Part shown: positions 8,605 to 17,532 of the stretch, in pieces | Layout: each line of letters begins with the position of its first letter | Numbering within the stretch: the stretch's first letter is position 1 | Origin: an uncultured Chloroflexia bacterium | GTDB lineage: Bacteria > Chloroflexota > Anaerolineae > JAAYZQ01 | Direction: 5' to 3' | Length of the DNA: 64,000 nucleotides | Assembly (NCBI GenBank): GCA_963700285.1 | Contig: CAVOXA010000005.1 | Location: forward strand, 96,001 to 160,000 | Position numbers and translations under genes: made by a program | The notes under the pieces: generated by a model | What the model saw: only the letters and a program-made list of their open reading frames with translations | Databases searched by the model: none | What the model was told of the DNA's origin: nothing

Positions 8605-10224
8605 GTGAACGATACCGGCGCGGGTGCCCTGGCAAGCAAGGCCCCGCGCCGTTTCATTGACGGCGATTTTACCTTGGATAAGCGGAAGCTTCCCTGGGTG
8701 GTTCTGGGACTGGCCCTGCTAGCCTTTGCGCTGCGGGTCATCGGTCTCGAGTTCCAGAGCTTGTGGCGGGACGAAGTGGATGCCATCCGGTTCGCCAGCC
8801 GGCCAATGCTCGACTTGTTGGGGACCCTTACTGCACCCGCTGAAAATGGCCCTCTTTTCTACTTATTGTTGCGTTGGTGGTTGCGCCTGGCTGGGCAGAG
8901 CGAGTTTGGCCTCCGTTTCTTTTCCGTATTCTTTGGTGTATTGACCATCCCCCTGATCTACAATTTGGCACGGCGGCTGTTTCCGTCGCTGCCTGGCGTT
9001 GCCCTGGTGGCCGCGCTCCTGGCATCCACCTCCCCCTATTTGGTCTGGTACAGCCAGGAAGGCAAGATGTACGCCTTGGTGGTCACTCTGATTCTAGTGT
9101 CAATGGACCGCTACCTTGCTGCCCTGGAGGACGGGGGATGGTTTCGCTGGCTGGCCTACTTGGTCGCTACCGCTTTGGCCCTGTACGTGCATGTGCTTGC
9201 AGCACTCATGATTCCTGTGCAAGTGGTCGTCTTTTTTCTCCAGGAACGCGGGGTTCGAAAGGCCCGCTGGCGACCCTGGCTTGTGAGTCTACTGATAATG
9301 GCATTGCCTTACTTGCCGCTTCTGGCGTGGCAGGTGCCGCTTATGCTAACACCCGCCCAGACAGGTTTCCGTTTTGTTGCACTGCACGAGATGCTCCTGT
9401 CGCTCTGGGGCAGCTATAGCTTCGGGATAGCCCAAAACGCTGGTCTTTGGATAGGAGTTGGTTTTGTGGGCGCATTGGTTGGCTCCTTCCAGCTCTGGCC
9501 CTTGGACAAACGCGGGCGTGTGTCTCTGGGCGCCCTGGCCTGCTGGCTATTCTTGCCAGTTCTCTTGCTCTTCCTGATCACGTTGGTACGGCCTCTCTAC
9601 ACGGCCAGATATCTTGTCTTTGTTCTGCCAGCATACCTCCTGCTGTTGGCAGCGGGTGTCGTGGCCATTGGACGGCGGACGCACCTGCTGGCTGGGGTCC
9701 TGCTGATCGCCCTGCTTGCTGTGAGCGGCCGGGGGCTTTGGCTTCAGTCCCGAAGCCAGATCAAGGCCGACTTTCGATCAGCGACGGCGTACGTGTTGAA
9801 CAATGCCGGGCCCGACGATCTGCTCCTGTTCCAGATTCCATACGGACGGTACTCTTTTGACTACTATGTACAGCGGCTGGCCATGCCGCAGACCGTCCGG
9901 CATCAGACTGACGGGAATCTCGCTCTCCATGGCGGCGCGGCCCATCGGGCCTACATCCCGCTGCTGGCGGGAAGGGCTGGGTCGGCATACCAGTGGGCCG
10001 AAGGACTGTATACCAACGCCGGGATGTCTGAGAGCGAAGCAGACAGGCGCATGGCAGAGATGGCTGGCCGCAGCCCTGTCGTGTGGCTGCTATCCAGCGA
10101 GTCAGCCATGTGGGATGAACGGGGTCTGGTTGAAGGCTGGCTTGACCAACATGGGGACCTGACTGACACGGTGCACTATGTCCGGGTTTCGGTATACCGC
10201 TACGAGCTTGCCCAAAACCAATGA
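8605..10224 (+). CDS. GT-C fold (GT39/PMT-like) membrane glycosyltransferase
   Basis: QSLWRDE, NGPLFYLLLR.W, SEFGLRF.S..FG.L.IP and WYSQEGKMY motifs. Confidence 0.88.
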   Translation: MNDTGAGALASKAPRRFIDGDFTLDKRKLPWVVLGLALLAFALRVIGLEFQSLWRDEVDAIRFASRPMLDLLGTLTAPAENGPLFYLLLRWWLRLAGQSEFGLRFFSVFFGVLTIPLIYNLARRLFPSLPGVALVAALLASTSPYLVWYSQEGKMYALVVTLILVSMDRYLAALEDGGWFRWLAYLVATALALYVHVLAALMIPVQVVVFFLQERGVRKARWRPWLVSLLIMALPYLPLLAWQVPLMLTPAQTGFRFVALHEMLLSLWGSYSFGIAQNAGLWIGVGFVGALVGSFQLWPLDKRGRVSLGALACWLFLPVLLLFLITLVRPLYTARYLVFVLPAYLLLLAAGVVAIGRRTHLLAGVLLIALLAVSGRGLWLQSRSQIKADFRSATAYVLNNAGPDDLLLFQIPYGRYSFDYYVQRLAMPQTVRHQTDGNLALHGGAAHRAYIPLLAGRAGSAYQWAEGLYTNAGMSESEADRRMAEMAGRSPVVWLLSSESAMWDERGLVEGWLDQHGDLTDTVHYVRVSVYRYELAQNQ

Positions 10225-10236
10225 TCCTGCGGCGAC

Positions 10237-10265
10237 TTGACAAAGCCTGGATTTCATGTTATCCT
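10237..10265 (+). promoter_or_regulatory. Sigma70-type promoter of the peroxiredoxin fusion
   Basis: TTGACA-17 nt-TATCCT with upstream TG; AAGGAGGT RBS follows. Confidence 0.7.
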
Positions 10266-10304
10266 CCACGAAATTTACGAAAATAGACGAGAAGGAGGTA
10301 GGGT

Positions 10305-11069
10305 ATGAAGATCCAAGTTGGTGAGGAGGCCCCTTCTTTCGAGCTGAAGAGCCACCTGCAAGACACGGTCAGACTAGACGAGTACCGGGGCAAGCACAAC
10401 GTGCTGATTGTATTCTTTCCCTGGGCCTGGACCCCCGTTTGAACGAACCAGATGCCTTCGTATGAACTTGACCTGTTCAAGTTCGAGGGCTACAATACCC
10501 AGGTCCTGGGTATCAGCATTGATCATGTTCACACTCTGAGGGCATGGGCCGAGAGCCTTGGGGGCATCAGCTACCCACTGTTGAGCGATTTCTGGCCACA
10601 TGGCGAGATGGCGCGCAAGTATGGCGTGTTCCGGGAGGACGGAAGGAGCGAACGCGCCCTGTTCATCGTCGATAAGGAAGGCATCGTCCGCTACATAGAC
10701 GTCCACGATATCGATGAGCAGCCGGACAATGAGGAGGTGTTCAAGGTTCTGCGCCAACTGGAACCCGATGCCGTCGTTCAAGAGCCGGTAGAAACAGGGG
10801 TAGCCGAAGCGGGGCCAAGTCCAGCAAGTTCTCAGAGCGTGGTGTTGTATTGCCGGCCCGGCTGTATTGACTGTCGCCTCTCCCGGCGTTTTTTGGAGCG
10901 AAACGGGATAGCCTACACCGAGGTCAACGTCCGCGCCGACGCAGAGGCAGAAGCACGGGTTCTGGAGTGGACTGGCGGCCAGCTTGTCTCGCCGGTATTT
11001 GACATCGGCGGCACCATCGTGATTGATTTCAAACGATCTGAGTTGATGCGGGTACTTGGCCTGGACTAG
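10305..11069 (+). CDS. Selenocysteine-containing AhpE-like peroxiredoxin fused to a glutaredoxin/NrdH-like domain
   Basis: ATG 10305 with a strong RBS gives MKIQVGEEAPSFELKSH...VLIVFFPWAWTPV-TGA(10440-10442)-TNQMPSY, in frame with ORF 10452-11069. The TGA occupies the PxxxTxxC peroxidatic site. LLSDFWPHG and SERALF motifs; C-terminal YCRPGCIDC domain. Confidence 0.9.
10454..10490 (+). promoter_or_regulatory. Candidate bacterial SECIS hairpin
   Basis: Starts after an 11-nt spacer 3' of the UGA: lower stem GCCTTC/GAGGGC, GTAT bulge, perfect 8-bp upper stem GAACTTGA/TCAAGTTC, loop CCTGT. Confidence 0.7.
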
Positions 11070-11287
11070 GTCGCCGCGCAACTGTAGATAGCAGCCTATG
11101 CAACTCTGGGTCATCTGCCCAGAGTTGCTTGGTTGTGTGGGCCCTGGTTGGCCTGCGGACTTGTCGCAGGGCCATCGATCCGGCCCCCCTCGCGGCAGCG
11201 CGTAGCGAGTTTGCCAGATTCGCCAATCAGGGCTATAATAGCCAGGTCCTTAGGAAAAAGATCAAATCGGCAGGTTACGGCGATATT

Positions 11288-12367
11288 ATGCGAGAAATCA
11301 CTGACTCTCAATCGAAGGGAACCGAGAACGAGATTCCAGGCGGTAGAGCAGCGAGCCGCCCAGGCCGGCTCTTGATCACCTTGATGGTCGTTCTCCTGCT
11401 GTTGCCTGTGTTGGCAGCCTGTGGTAAGGACGGGGAAACGGAGGAATCGGGTGATTCGGGTGAAGTGGCGACGCTGCCTGCCGCCGAGGAGCGGAGGGCA
11501 ACGCCGTCGCCCATCTCCGTGATCGATGCGACGGCCACTGTGGCGCCGACGGCTACGCCGACCGTTGGCCCACCCCCCGCTCCCCTTGCTGCGATGGTCA
11601 ACGGCCGGTACATCTTTTTGGAGGACTATGAGCATCTGTTGGCCCTCTATGAGCAGGCGATTCAGGAGCAAGGCATCGACCTGGATTCGGAGGAGGGGCA
11701 GGCTGAACTAGCTCTGGTACGCATCGATGCGCTCGAGGCGCTGATCGATTCCGAGTTGATGCGCGAAGAGGGCGAGGCGCTGGGGCTGACGCTGAGCGAA
11801 GAGGAAATAGAGGCCCAGGTCGAGATTGATATCGACGACGGGGGCGGACAGCAAGCCTTTGACGAATGGTTGGCGGCTACTGGGCAGACTCGCGCTGACT
11901 ATACGGAAATGCTGCGCGACTTGCTGCTGTCGGAGCGCATTCTGGAGCTTGTCGCTGCCGACTTGCCAATGGTGGCAGACCAGGTCCACATTCGGCACAT
12001 TGCAGTAAGCAGCGAGGCTGAGGCCCAGGAGATCTTGGCACAGATCCAGCAGGGGGCTGATTTTACAGAACTGGCTCGCTCATGGTCGGTAGACACGATG
12101 ACCAAGGATGAAGGTGGCGATCTGGGTTGGATCCCGGCCGGCATCGTGGATCCGGAACTGGAACGTGCGGCCTTTGCCTTGCAGGTGGGCGAAACCAGCG
12201 GGGCTATCCAGCTTGGAGACGGATATCACGTTATACAGGTGGTGGGGCGAGAAGCCGACCGTCCAGTGTCACCGGATCTCCAGATAGACCTTGAGATGGC
12301 CGCATTTGAGCAGTGGCTCAAAGATCTGCGTGCCGCTGCCGTGATCGAGCGGTTTGTAGGCGAATAG
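11288..12367 (+). CDS. PrsA/SurA-like parvulin peptidyl-prolyl isomerase lipoprotein
   Basis: Lipobox LAAC, PT linker, SurA_N-like region (AAMVNG), rotamase motifs VHIRHI, GADFTELARSWS.D, GGDLGW and GYHVI. Confidence 0.9.
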   Translation: MREITDSQSKGTENEIPGGRAASRPGRLLITLMVVLLLLPVLAACGKDGETEESGDSGEVATLPAAEERRATPSPISVIDATATVAPTATPTVGPPPAPLAAMVNGRYIFLEDYEHLLALYEQAIQEQGIDLDSEEGQAELALVRIDALEALIDSELMREEGEALGLTLSEEEIEAQVEIDIDDGGGQQAFDEWLAATGQTRADYTEMLRDLLLSERILELVAADLPMVADQVHIRHIAVSSEAEAQEILAQIQQGADFTELARSWSVDTMTKDEGGDLGWIPAGIVDPELERAAFALQVGETSGAIQLGDGYHVIQVVGREADRPVSPDLQIDLEMAAFEQWLKDLRAAAVIERFVGE

Positions 12368-12413
12368 ACAAAGTTATGATTGTCTGGTACACTGTGCCGC
12401 GATTGGAGGTGGA

Positions 12414-13739
12414 ATGCGCTCAGAGCAGATGAGATGGCCTTGGCTCCTATTGGCGTTCGTCGCGCTGTTTGTGGTGGTGTCGGTGGCGTCTGGAGCCGCT
12501 TTCCTATTTCTCCGTCAACGACAGAGGGCGAATGCGGATTGGCGTGAGCCGGTCGCCGCCGTTGTGCCAGAGAACATTGTGCCTGACCTAGCTCTTTACC
12601 CCCTGGCGGGCGCTTCGGACGTGGAGACGCTCGACGCGGCCATTGCGAATGGCGATCTGGAAACCGCCTATGCTTCGCTGGTCTACAACCCACAAATGCA
12701 GGATGAACAGCGCGTTGGCCGCCTTATCTTGCTGGGCCGTCGCTTCACGGATGCAGGTACACTGGAGAAGGCAGATCTCAGCTATCAGCAGATCTATGAG
12801 ATAGCCGTGCTTAGTCCAGGGTTGAGTGATCCGACGAGAGCGGATGCGCTTCTGGCCGCTGGAAAAGGATGGGCCGAAGTGGGGCGGGATGACCGGGCGA
12901 TGGATGCTTACGACCAGGTTTATCTGATTGCAGTCAAAAGTCCCTATCTCCACATGGCCCATCGTAGAGATCTGTTGACAGTGTTGGAGAAGGCTTATCT
13001 GGAACTCGAAGCTCCGGAGAAAGTGGAAGCCTCTCGCCAGCGGATCATTGAACTGGACCAGGGGATGCGGCCTCAGAGGCCAGCCGAGGCAGGGAAATCA
13101 CCCGAACTGGCCATAGACACGGAGGTGGTCTCCTCTCCCGAGGTTGGAATCCTCGAGGAAGCCCGGCGGCAAGCAGCCTACAACCTGCTTCAGGTGCTGG
13201 ACGGGCGCGAAATACAACCCGAGCTTGTGAGTGAACTTGCTCGGACGCTGCAAGTGGAGGATGCGGCCAAGCTGGCCCTGTACCGCCAAGAACTAGAGTC
13301 CACTACCCAACTAAGCAGGCGGATCGGTCTTCACTGGCAGATCATTGGCTGGTTGACGCTAAAGTACCGCGTGGCCATGCAGGGCTTTGGGCTGTCCCTT
13401 GTGCCCGAGTGGGAGGAGCAACGGGCTGATATCCAGTCCTCGTTGAGCAAAGCCTATGAGGATCTGTATTTCGACTATGAGGACCTGGTCACGGGTCTGC
13501 CAGATGCCACGCTGATAGGCCCCGGGAGCTACAAGGTGCGCCGGCAAGTGGTGCAGGCCGGGCGGCTGGGACTCTACCCCAACTATCCAGAAGATCAGAT
13601 GGCCGGCAAGCTGAGGGATATGGCCTCCAACCTCATCGGTGCTGGATACCTGGCTGATTTGTACGTCGATATGGAGGAGGGAACTGGGGCACTACGCTTT
13701 TTCCTCAGCCCAACAGACGAATATGGCCTTCATGAGTAA
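12414..13739 (+). CDS. Hypothetical membrane-anchored helical (TPR-like) protein
   Basis: 441-aa ORF with GGAGG RBS, N-terminal TM and helical repeat character. Confidence 0.7.
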   Translation: MRSEQMRWPWLLLAFVALFVVVSVASGAAFLFLRQRQRANADWREPVAAVVPENIVPDLALYPLAGASDVETLDAAIANGDLETAYASLVYNPQMQDEQRVGRLILLGRRFTDAGTLEKADLSYQQIYEIAVLSPGLSDPTRADALLAAGKGWAEVGRDDRAMDAYDQVYLIAVKSPYLHMAHRRDLLTVLEKAYLELEAPEKVEASRQRIIELDQGMRPQRPAEAGKSPELAIDTEVVSSPEVGILEEARRQAAYNLLQVLDGREIQPELVSELARTLQVEDAAKLALYRQELESTTQLSRRIGLHWQIIGWLTLKYRVAMQGFGLSLVPEWEEQRADIQSSLSKAYEDLYFDYEDLVTGLPDATLIGPGSYKVRRQVVQAGRLGLYPNYPEDQMAGKLRDMASNLIGAGYLADLYVDMEEGTGALRFFLSPTDEYGLHE

Positions 13740-13775
13740 GTACCAGAGAAAACTGGGCATGAACCGGAGGGAACT

Positions 13776-14552
13776 TTGTTAAAGCTCGCAATCACCGGCA
13801 AGGGAGGCGTGGGCAAGACTACCTTGGCTGCGCTGCTCTCCTATGTATTCGTGGAACAAGGACAGAAAGTATTGGCAATTGACGCCGATCCTGCCGCCGG
13901 CCTTGCTTCGGCTTGTGGCGTGCCACCCGAACAGGCGGCGGCCATCACTCCCGTTGCCGAGATGGAAGACCTGATCTACGAGAGGACCGGAGCAAAAAAG
14001 GGTGAGATCGGCGGCTTTTTCAAGCTCAACCCCCGCGTAGATGATATTCCAGAGCGCTTTGCGGTATCGGCCGATGGCATCCGCATCCTTTCCATGGGAA
14101 CGGTCACGGCGGGGGGGACCGGCTGCCTTTGCCCGGAGAACGCCTTGCTTCGCAGTCTGGTGACACACCTGCTACTGCGTCGCGATGAGGTCCTCATCCT
14201 TGATATGGAGGCGGGTGTGGAACACCTGGGGCGTGGTACAGCGCGTGCGGTAGATGCTTTCATCGTCGTTGTAGAACCCGGCCGGCGCAGCCTGCAAACG
14301 GCGCGCTCTATCTATGGCTTGGCCCAGGATCTGGGCATTGGGCGTGTCTATGTCGTAGGCAACAAGGTCGTCTCAGCGTCCGATGAGCTTTTTATCGCGG
14401 AGCAATTGCCCGACTTTCACGTGCTAGGCTTTCTGCCAGCGGACCGGCAGGCCATCGAGGCGGACCGAAGCGGCCGGGCCGTATTCGCCATGGCGCCGGA
14501 ACTTGTGGAGCGAGCGCGTATGATTGCCGCACGCTTGGAAAGGCCAGCGTAG
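13776..14552 (+). CDS. cooC: CooC/AcsF nickel-insertion ATPase
   Basis: GKGGVGKTT, IDADP, FFKLNP.VDDIP, GCLCPE and DMEAGVEHLGRGT. Confidence 0.92.
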   Translation: MLKLAITGKGGVGKTTLAALLSYVFVEQGQKVLAIDADPAAGLASACGVPPEQAAAITPVAEMEDLIYERTGAKKGEIGGFFKLNPRVDDIPERFAVSADGIRILSMGTVTAGGTGCLCPENALLRSLVTHLLLRRDEVLILDMEAGVEHLGRGTARAVDAFIVVVEPGRRSLQTARSIYGLAQDLGIGRVYVVGNKVVSASDELFIAEQLPDFHVLGFLPADRQAIEADRSGRAVFAMAPELVERARMIAARLERPA

Positions 14553-14682
14553 AGCGCGCTCAAGGGGCGTGGCACGGTGATGCTTGCCCACTTCAGTGCA
14601 AGACCGGGCAAGGACCCTTCATGAAAGAACTCCGCCTGCAGGACAGGCGAAGTTTGCTCTTGGGTGTGGGTGCTGATATGGG

Positions 14683-15105
14683 TCAGGCCTCCAGCACCTG
14701 TTCCAGTGGATAGGCTTGCATCACGCGCGTGGTCTGGCGGAAGTTCAGCTTTCTCCAAAAGTCCACATCCCCCGGGACAATGACTGCAATGCTAGTGGCC
14801 CCCCGTGTCTGGAAACGGCGGGTAATCTCCATTACCAGTGCCCGGCCGATGCCCTGGCGCTGGTGGTCGGGATGCACTGAAGCCAGATAGATGACCGCCC
14901 GAGAACCATCGTAGGTGCCCCGGATCATGCCAACGACCTGGTTCCCTTCCTCGGCAACCAGGAACTCGGCAGCCTGGCAGTCGCGCACGCGAGACATCGC
15001 GGAAGGCCCGTCGATATCGGGGTGACTGTATTGCTGATTGGCCTTGAGAATGTCGACCAGGCTTTCGACATCGGCCAACCGAAAATCCCGGATCTGCATC
15101 GTCAT
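14683..15105 (-). CDS. GNAT acetyltransferase
   Basis: VHPDHQRQGIG acetyl-CoA-binding motif; AGGAGAGG RBS before ATG 15105/15099. Confidence 0.85.
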   Translation of the reverse strand: MTMQIRDFRLADVESLVDILKANQQYSHPDIDGPSAMSRVRDCQAAEFLVAEEGNQVVGMIRGTYDGSRAVIYLASVHPDHQRQGIGRALVMEITRRFQTRGATSIAVIVPGDVDFWRKLNFRQTTRVMQAYPLEQVLEA

Positions 15106-15261
15106 CCTCTCCTGTGTTGCTGCCAGCTCGGCTTGTGCTTGGCCCTGTGCAACCGATACTCGAGCCCGGGGCAACTTGCCAGACGTGGCACCAGAGATCC
15201 CAATGGATATGCAAAGTGGGCGGGTGAGACGTAGAATCGCCTCGTTTGGGTTGATCTGTGG

Positions 15262-15655
15262 CTATACCTCGGCTGGTGGCTCTACCTCGATCTGGTCCTC
15301 TATCTGCAGGCTTATCATCAAATCTTCTTTCTGCTGGCCTGCAGCGGCCTTTCCTTCGCCCGCAGCCTCTTGTATTCGGCCCTGCCACTCGGAGGCTTTC
15401 TCTTTTGTCTGTGCTGAGAGCTGCGCTGCTTTGTCCTTGGCTTGCGTCCTCGTACTCCTTGGCCCGTTTGCGAGCCTCTGCGCTCATCTCGGCAGAGCGC
15501 TCCTGGAGTTCTATGCCCCTCTCACGGATCAGGGCTCGCGTCTCCTCGCCAGATTGGGGGGCAAAGAGGACTGCTGCCGCGGCGCCGACCAATGCGCCTA
15601 CGACAAAACCGGCAAAGAAATCCATACCGTAACTCTTGTCTGCCATCGTCTCCAA
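15262..15655 (-). CDS. YtxH-domain protein with one apparent frameshift
   Basis: FFAGFVVGALVGAAAAVLFAPQSGEETR motif. Removing one G near 15449 restores a coiled coil (ETQAKDKAAQLSAQTKEKASEWQGRIQEAAGEGKAAA...) ending at TAG 15262-15264. Confidence 0.8.
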
Positions 15656-15703
15656 CTCCCTTTCTAAATGGTCGTGTTTTGCTCAGGTGTCAGTCCTGGC
15701 AAC

Positions 15704-16279
15704 TCAGGGCTGCTGATTGGATTGTCCAGAGTGCTGTGTGGGGCTCGCCGGCTGGCGTGTCACGACATCAGCTTCCTGCCCGATGGCCTGGGAGGGCGCT
15801 CTCTTGCTACCGGACCCTCCGAACAGTGTCCTGAACGCCTCTCGCACGCCAGAAACGTACCCAGCCACCTGGATCATCGGCGTAACGACGGCATCGCTGA
15901 CAAAGGTTGCAGTTCCCCGTACAGTGCCGGTGGTCTGGTTGATTGACTGCAGAATCGGTTGGATCTCGTCGCGCAAAAGGCTGGTGAGGCTCTGGAGTTG
16001 AAAGAGAAGAATCGCCAGAAGAACGCTCGTGATCATTGTGACCAGCGCAAGGACAATGATCGCCACGTCGCGGAGACCCGCGGTAAAAGCCGGGTGGGTC
16101 ATCAGGCCATAGAACAGAGCAATGATGATCACGACAAAGGTTAGAGCACCAAGACCGATGCCGACTTTTTGCCAAACACTCATGCCCTGCCCGGCGCCAG
16201 GGGCGGCTGGCTCCACCGATGTTGCTTCCGCTGCGGCTGGTTCATCTTGTACCTGACTAGGTTCCCGGATCTCTGCCAT
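15704..16279 (-). CDS. Two-TM membrane protein (DUF948-like partner of YtxH)
   Basis: Two hydrophobic helices followed by LLRDEIQPILQSINQT...VRGT..FVSD.VV.P.I; sits directly upstream of ytxH. Confidence 0.7.
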   Translation of the reverse strand: MAEIREPSQVQDEPAAAEATSVEPAAPGAGQGMSVWQKVGIGLGALTFVVIIIALFYGLMTHPAFTAGLRDVAIIVLALVTMITSVLLAILLFQLQSLTSLLRDEIQPILQSINQTTGTVRGTATFVSDAVVTPMIQVAGYVSGVREAFRTLFGGSGSKRAPSQAIGQEADVVTRQPASPTQHSGQSNQQP

Positions 16280-16460
16280 CCTTGCATGCTCCTGCTCTGG
16301 CTCGTCGTGATTGCCCCGCAATTTCGATACCAATCAATTATACCATATCTCTGGTGAAGGGTCAAAAGGTCGTCCGCCACGGGGGACTGTGCGCATCAGT
16401 CCGCTTGTCCAAGTTGCAGTCTATGTCGGGAGGGGCTATAATGCCCCGGAGGGAGTTGCC

Positions 16461-17375
16461 ATGCATGTTGCGCGAGAAAACGACTTGGTCCTGCTTATCG
16501 GCAAGGACCGCAAAGAATTCATCCTGCGGCTACGGGCCGCTGCACAATTGCAGACGCATCGGGGTTGCATCAACCACGATGACCTGTTGGGACAGCCCCT
16601 GGGGCGGGAGATCCGTTCGCATCTGGGCTATTCCTTTGTGATCCTGGAACCGAGCACCTGTGATCTGGTCAGGCTGATCAAGCGCACGACCCAGATCATG
16701 TATCCAAAGGACATTGGCTATCTATTGCTCAAGCTCAGTGTGATGCCGGGTGCCCATGTGATTGAGGCCGGTACGGGGAGCGGCGGGCTGACGCTGGCCT
16801 TGGCGCGTGCCGTGGGGCCTCAGGGGCACCTCTACTCCTATGAGATCCGGCCTGATATTCTGCGGCTGGCCGAAGAGAATCTGGCATCTTTGGGCTTGAC
16901 CGGCAACGTTGACTTTAAGCTGCGGGATATCGAAGCGGGTTTTGACGAGAGCGATGTGGATGCACTTTTTTTGGATGTGCGCCGGCCATGGGCCTTCCTC
17001 TCGCAGGTCACAAGCGCGCTTAAGGACAGCGGGTTCTTTGGTTCCATCGTGCCCACGACCAACCAGGTGACCGAACTGGTCCGATCTCTGGAGGGCCACC
17101 AAACCTTTGGCCATATTGAGGTCGAAGAGATCTCACTTCGGCCTTTCAAGGCGGTGCCCGAACGGCTGCGGCCCGTGGATCGGATGGTGGCCCACACTGG
17201 TTACCTTGTCTTTGCCCGGAAGGTCAGCCGGGAGATTAGCCAGGCGGACTATTGGATGGATCGCAGGCGACGGAAGTACGAGGACGTTCAGGCCGAGTCT
17301 GTGCAGAATGGCACTCCAGACACTTCCCCATCCCGCGGGGATGAGCAGGGATCCGGTACGCTTCCCGGAGGCTAG
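16461..17375 (+). CDS. trmI: tRNA (adenine58-N1)-methyltransferase
   Basis: TQIMYPKD, EAGTGSG, YEIR, FLDV..PW and HTGYL motifs; GGAGGG RBS. Confidence 0.93.
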   Translation: MHVARENDLVLLIGKDRKEFILRLRAAAQLQTHRGCINHDDLLGQPLGREIRSHLGYSFVILEPSTCDLVRLIKRTTQIMYPKDIGYLLLKLSVMPGAHVIEAGTGSGGLTLALARAVGPQGHLYSYEIRPDILRLAEENLASLGLTGNVDFKLRDIEAGFDESDVDALFLDVRRPWAFLSQVTSALKDSGFFGSIVPTTNQVTELVRSLEGHQTFGHIEVEEISLRPFKAVPERLRPVDRMVAHTGYLVFARKVSREISQADYWMDRRRRKYEDVQAESVQNGTPDTSPSRGDEQGSGTLPGG

Positions 17376-17532
17376 ACGCTCCCGGTGTGGTACGGCGGCC
17401 GATCGCCCCACTTGTGGCACGTTTGCTGACTCTTGGTTTTTTGAGTATAATGCGGGCAGTCAGGATGAAGGATCAGAGCCCTTCCGTTCCCAGGACGCAC
17501 AATGTTCGTAAACAGACCCCAAGGATGAGCCT

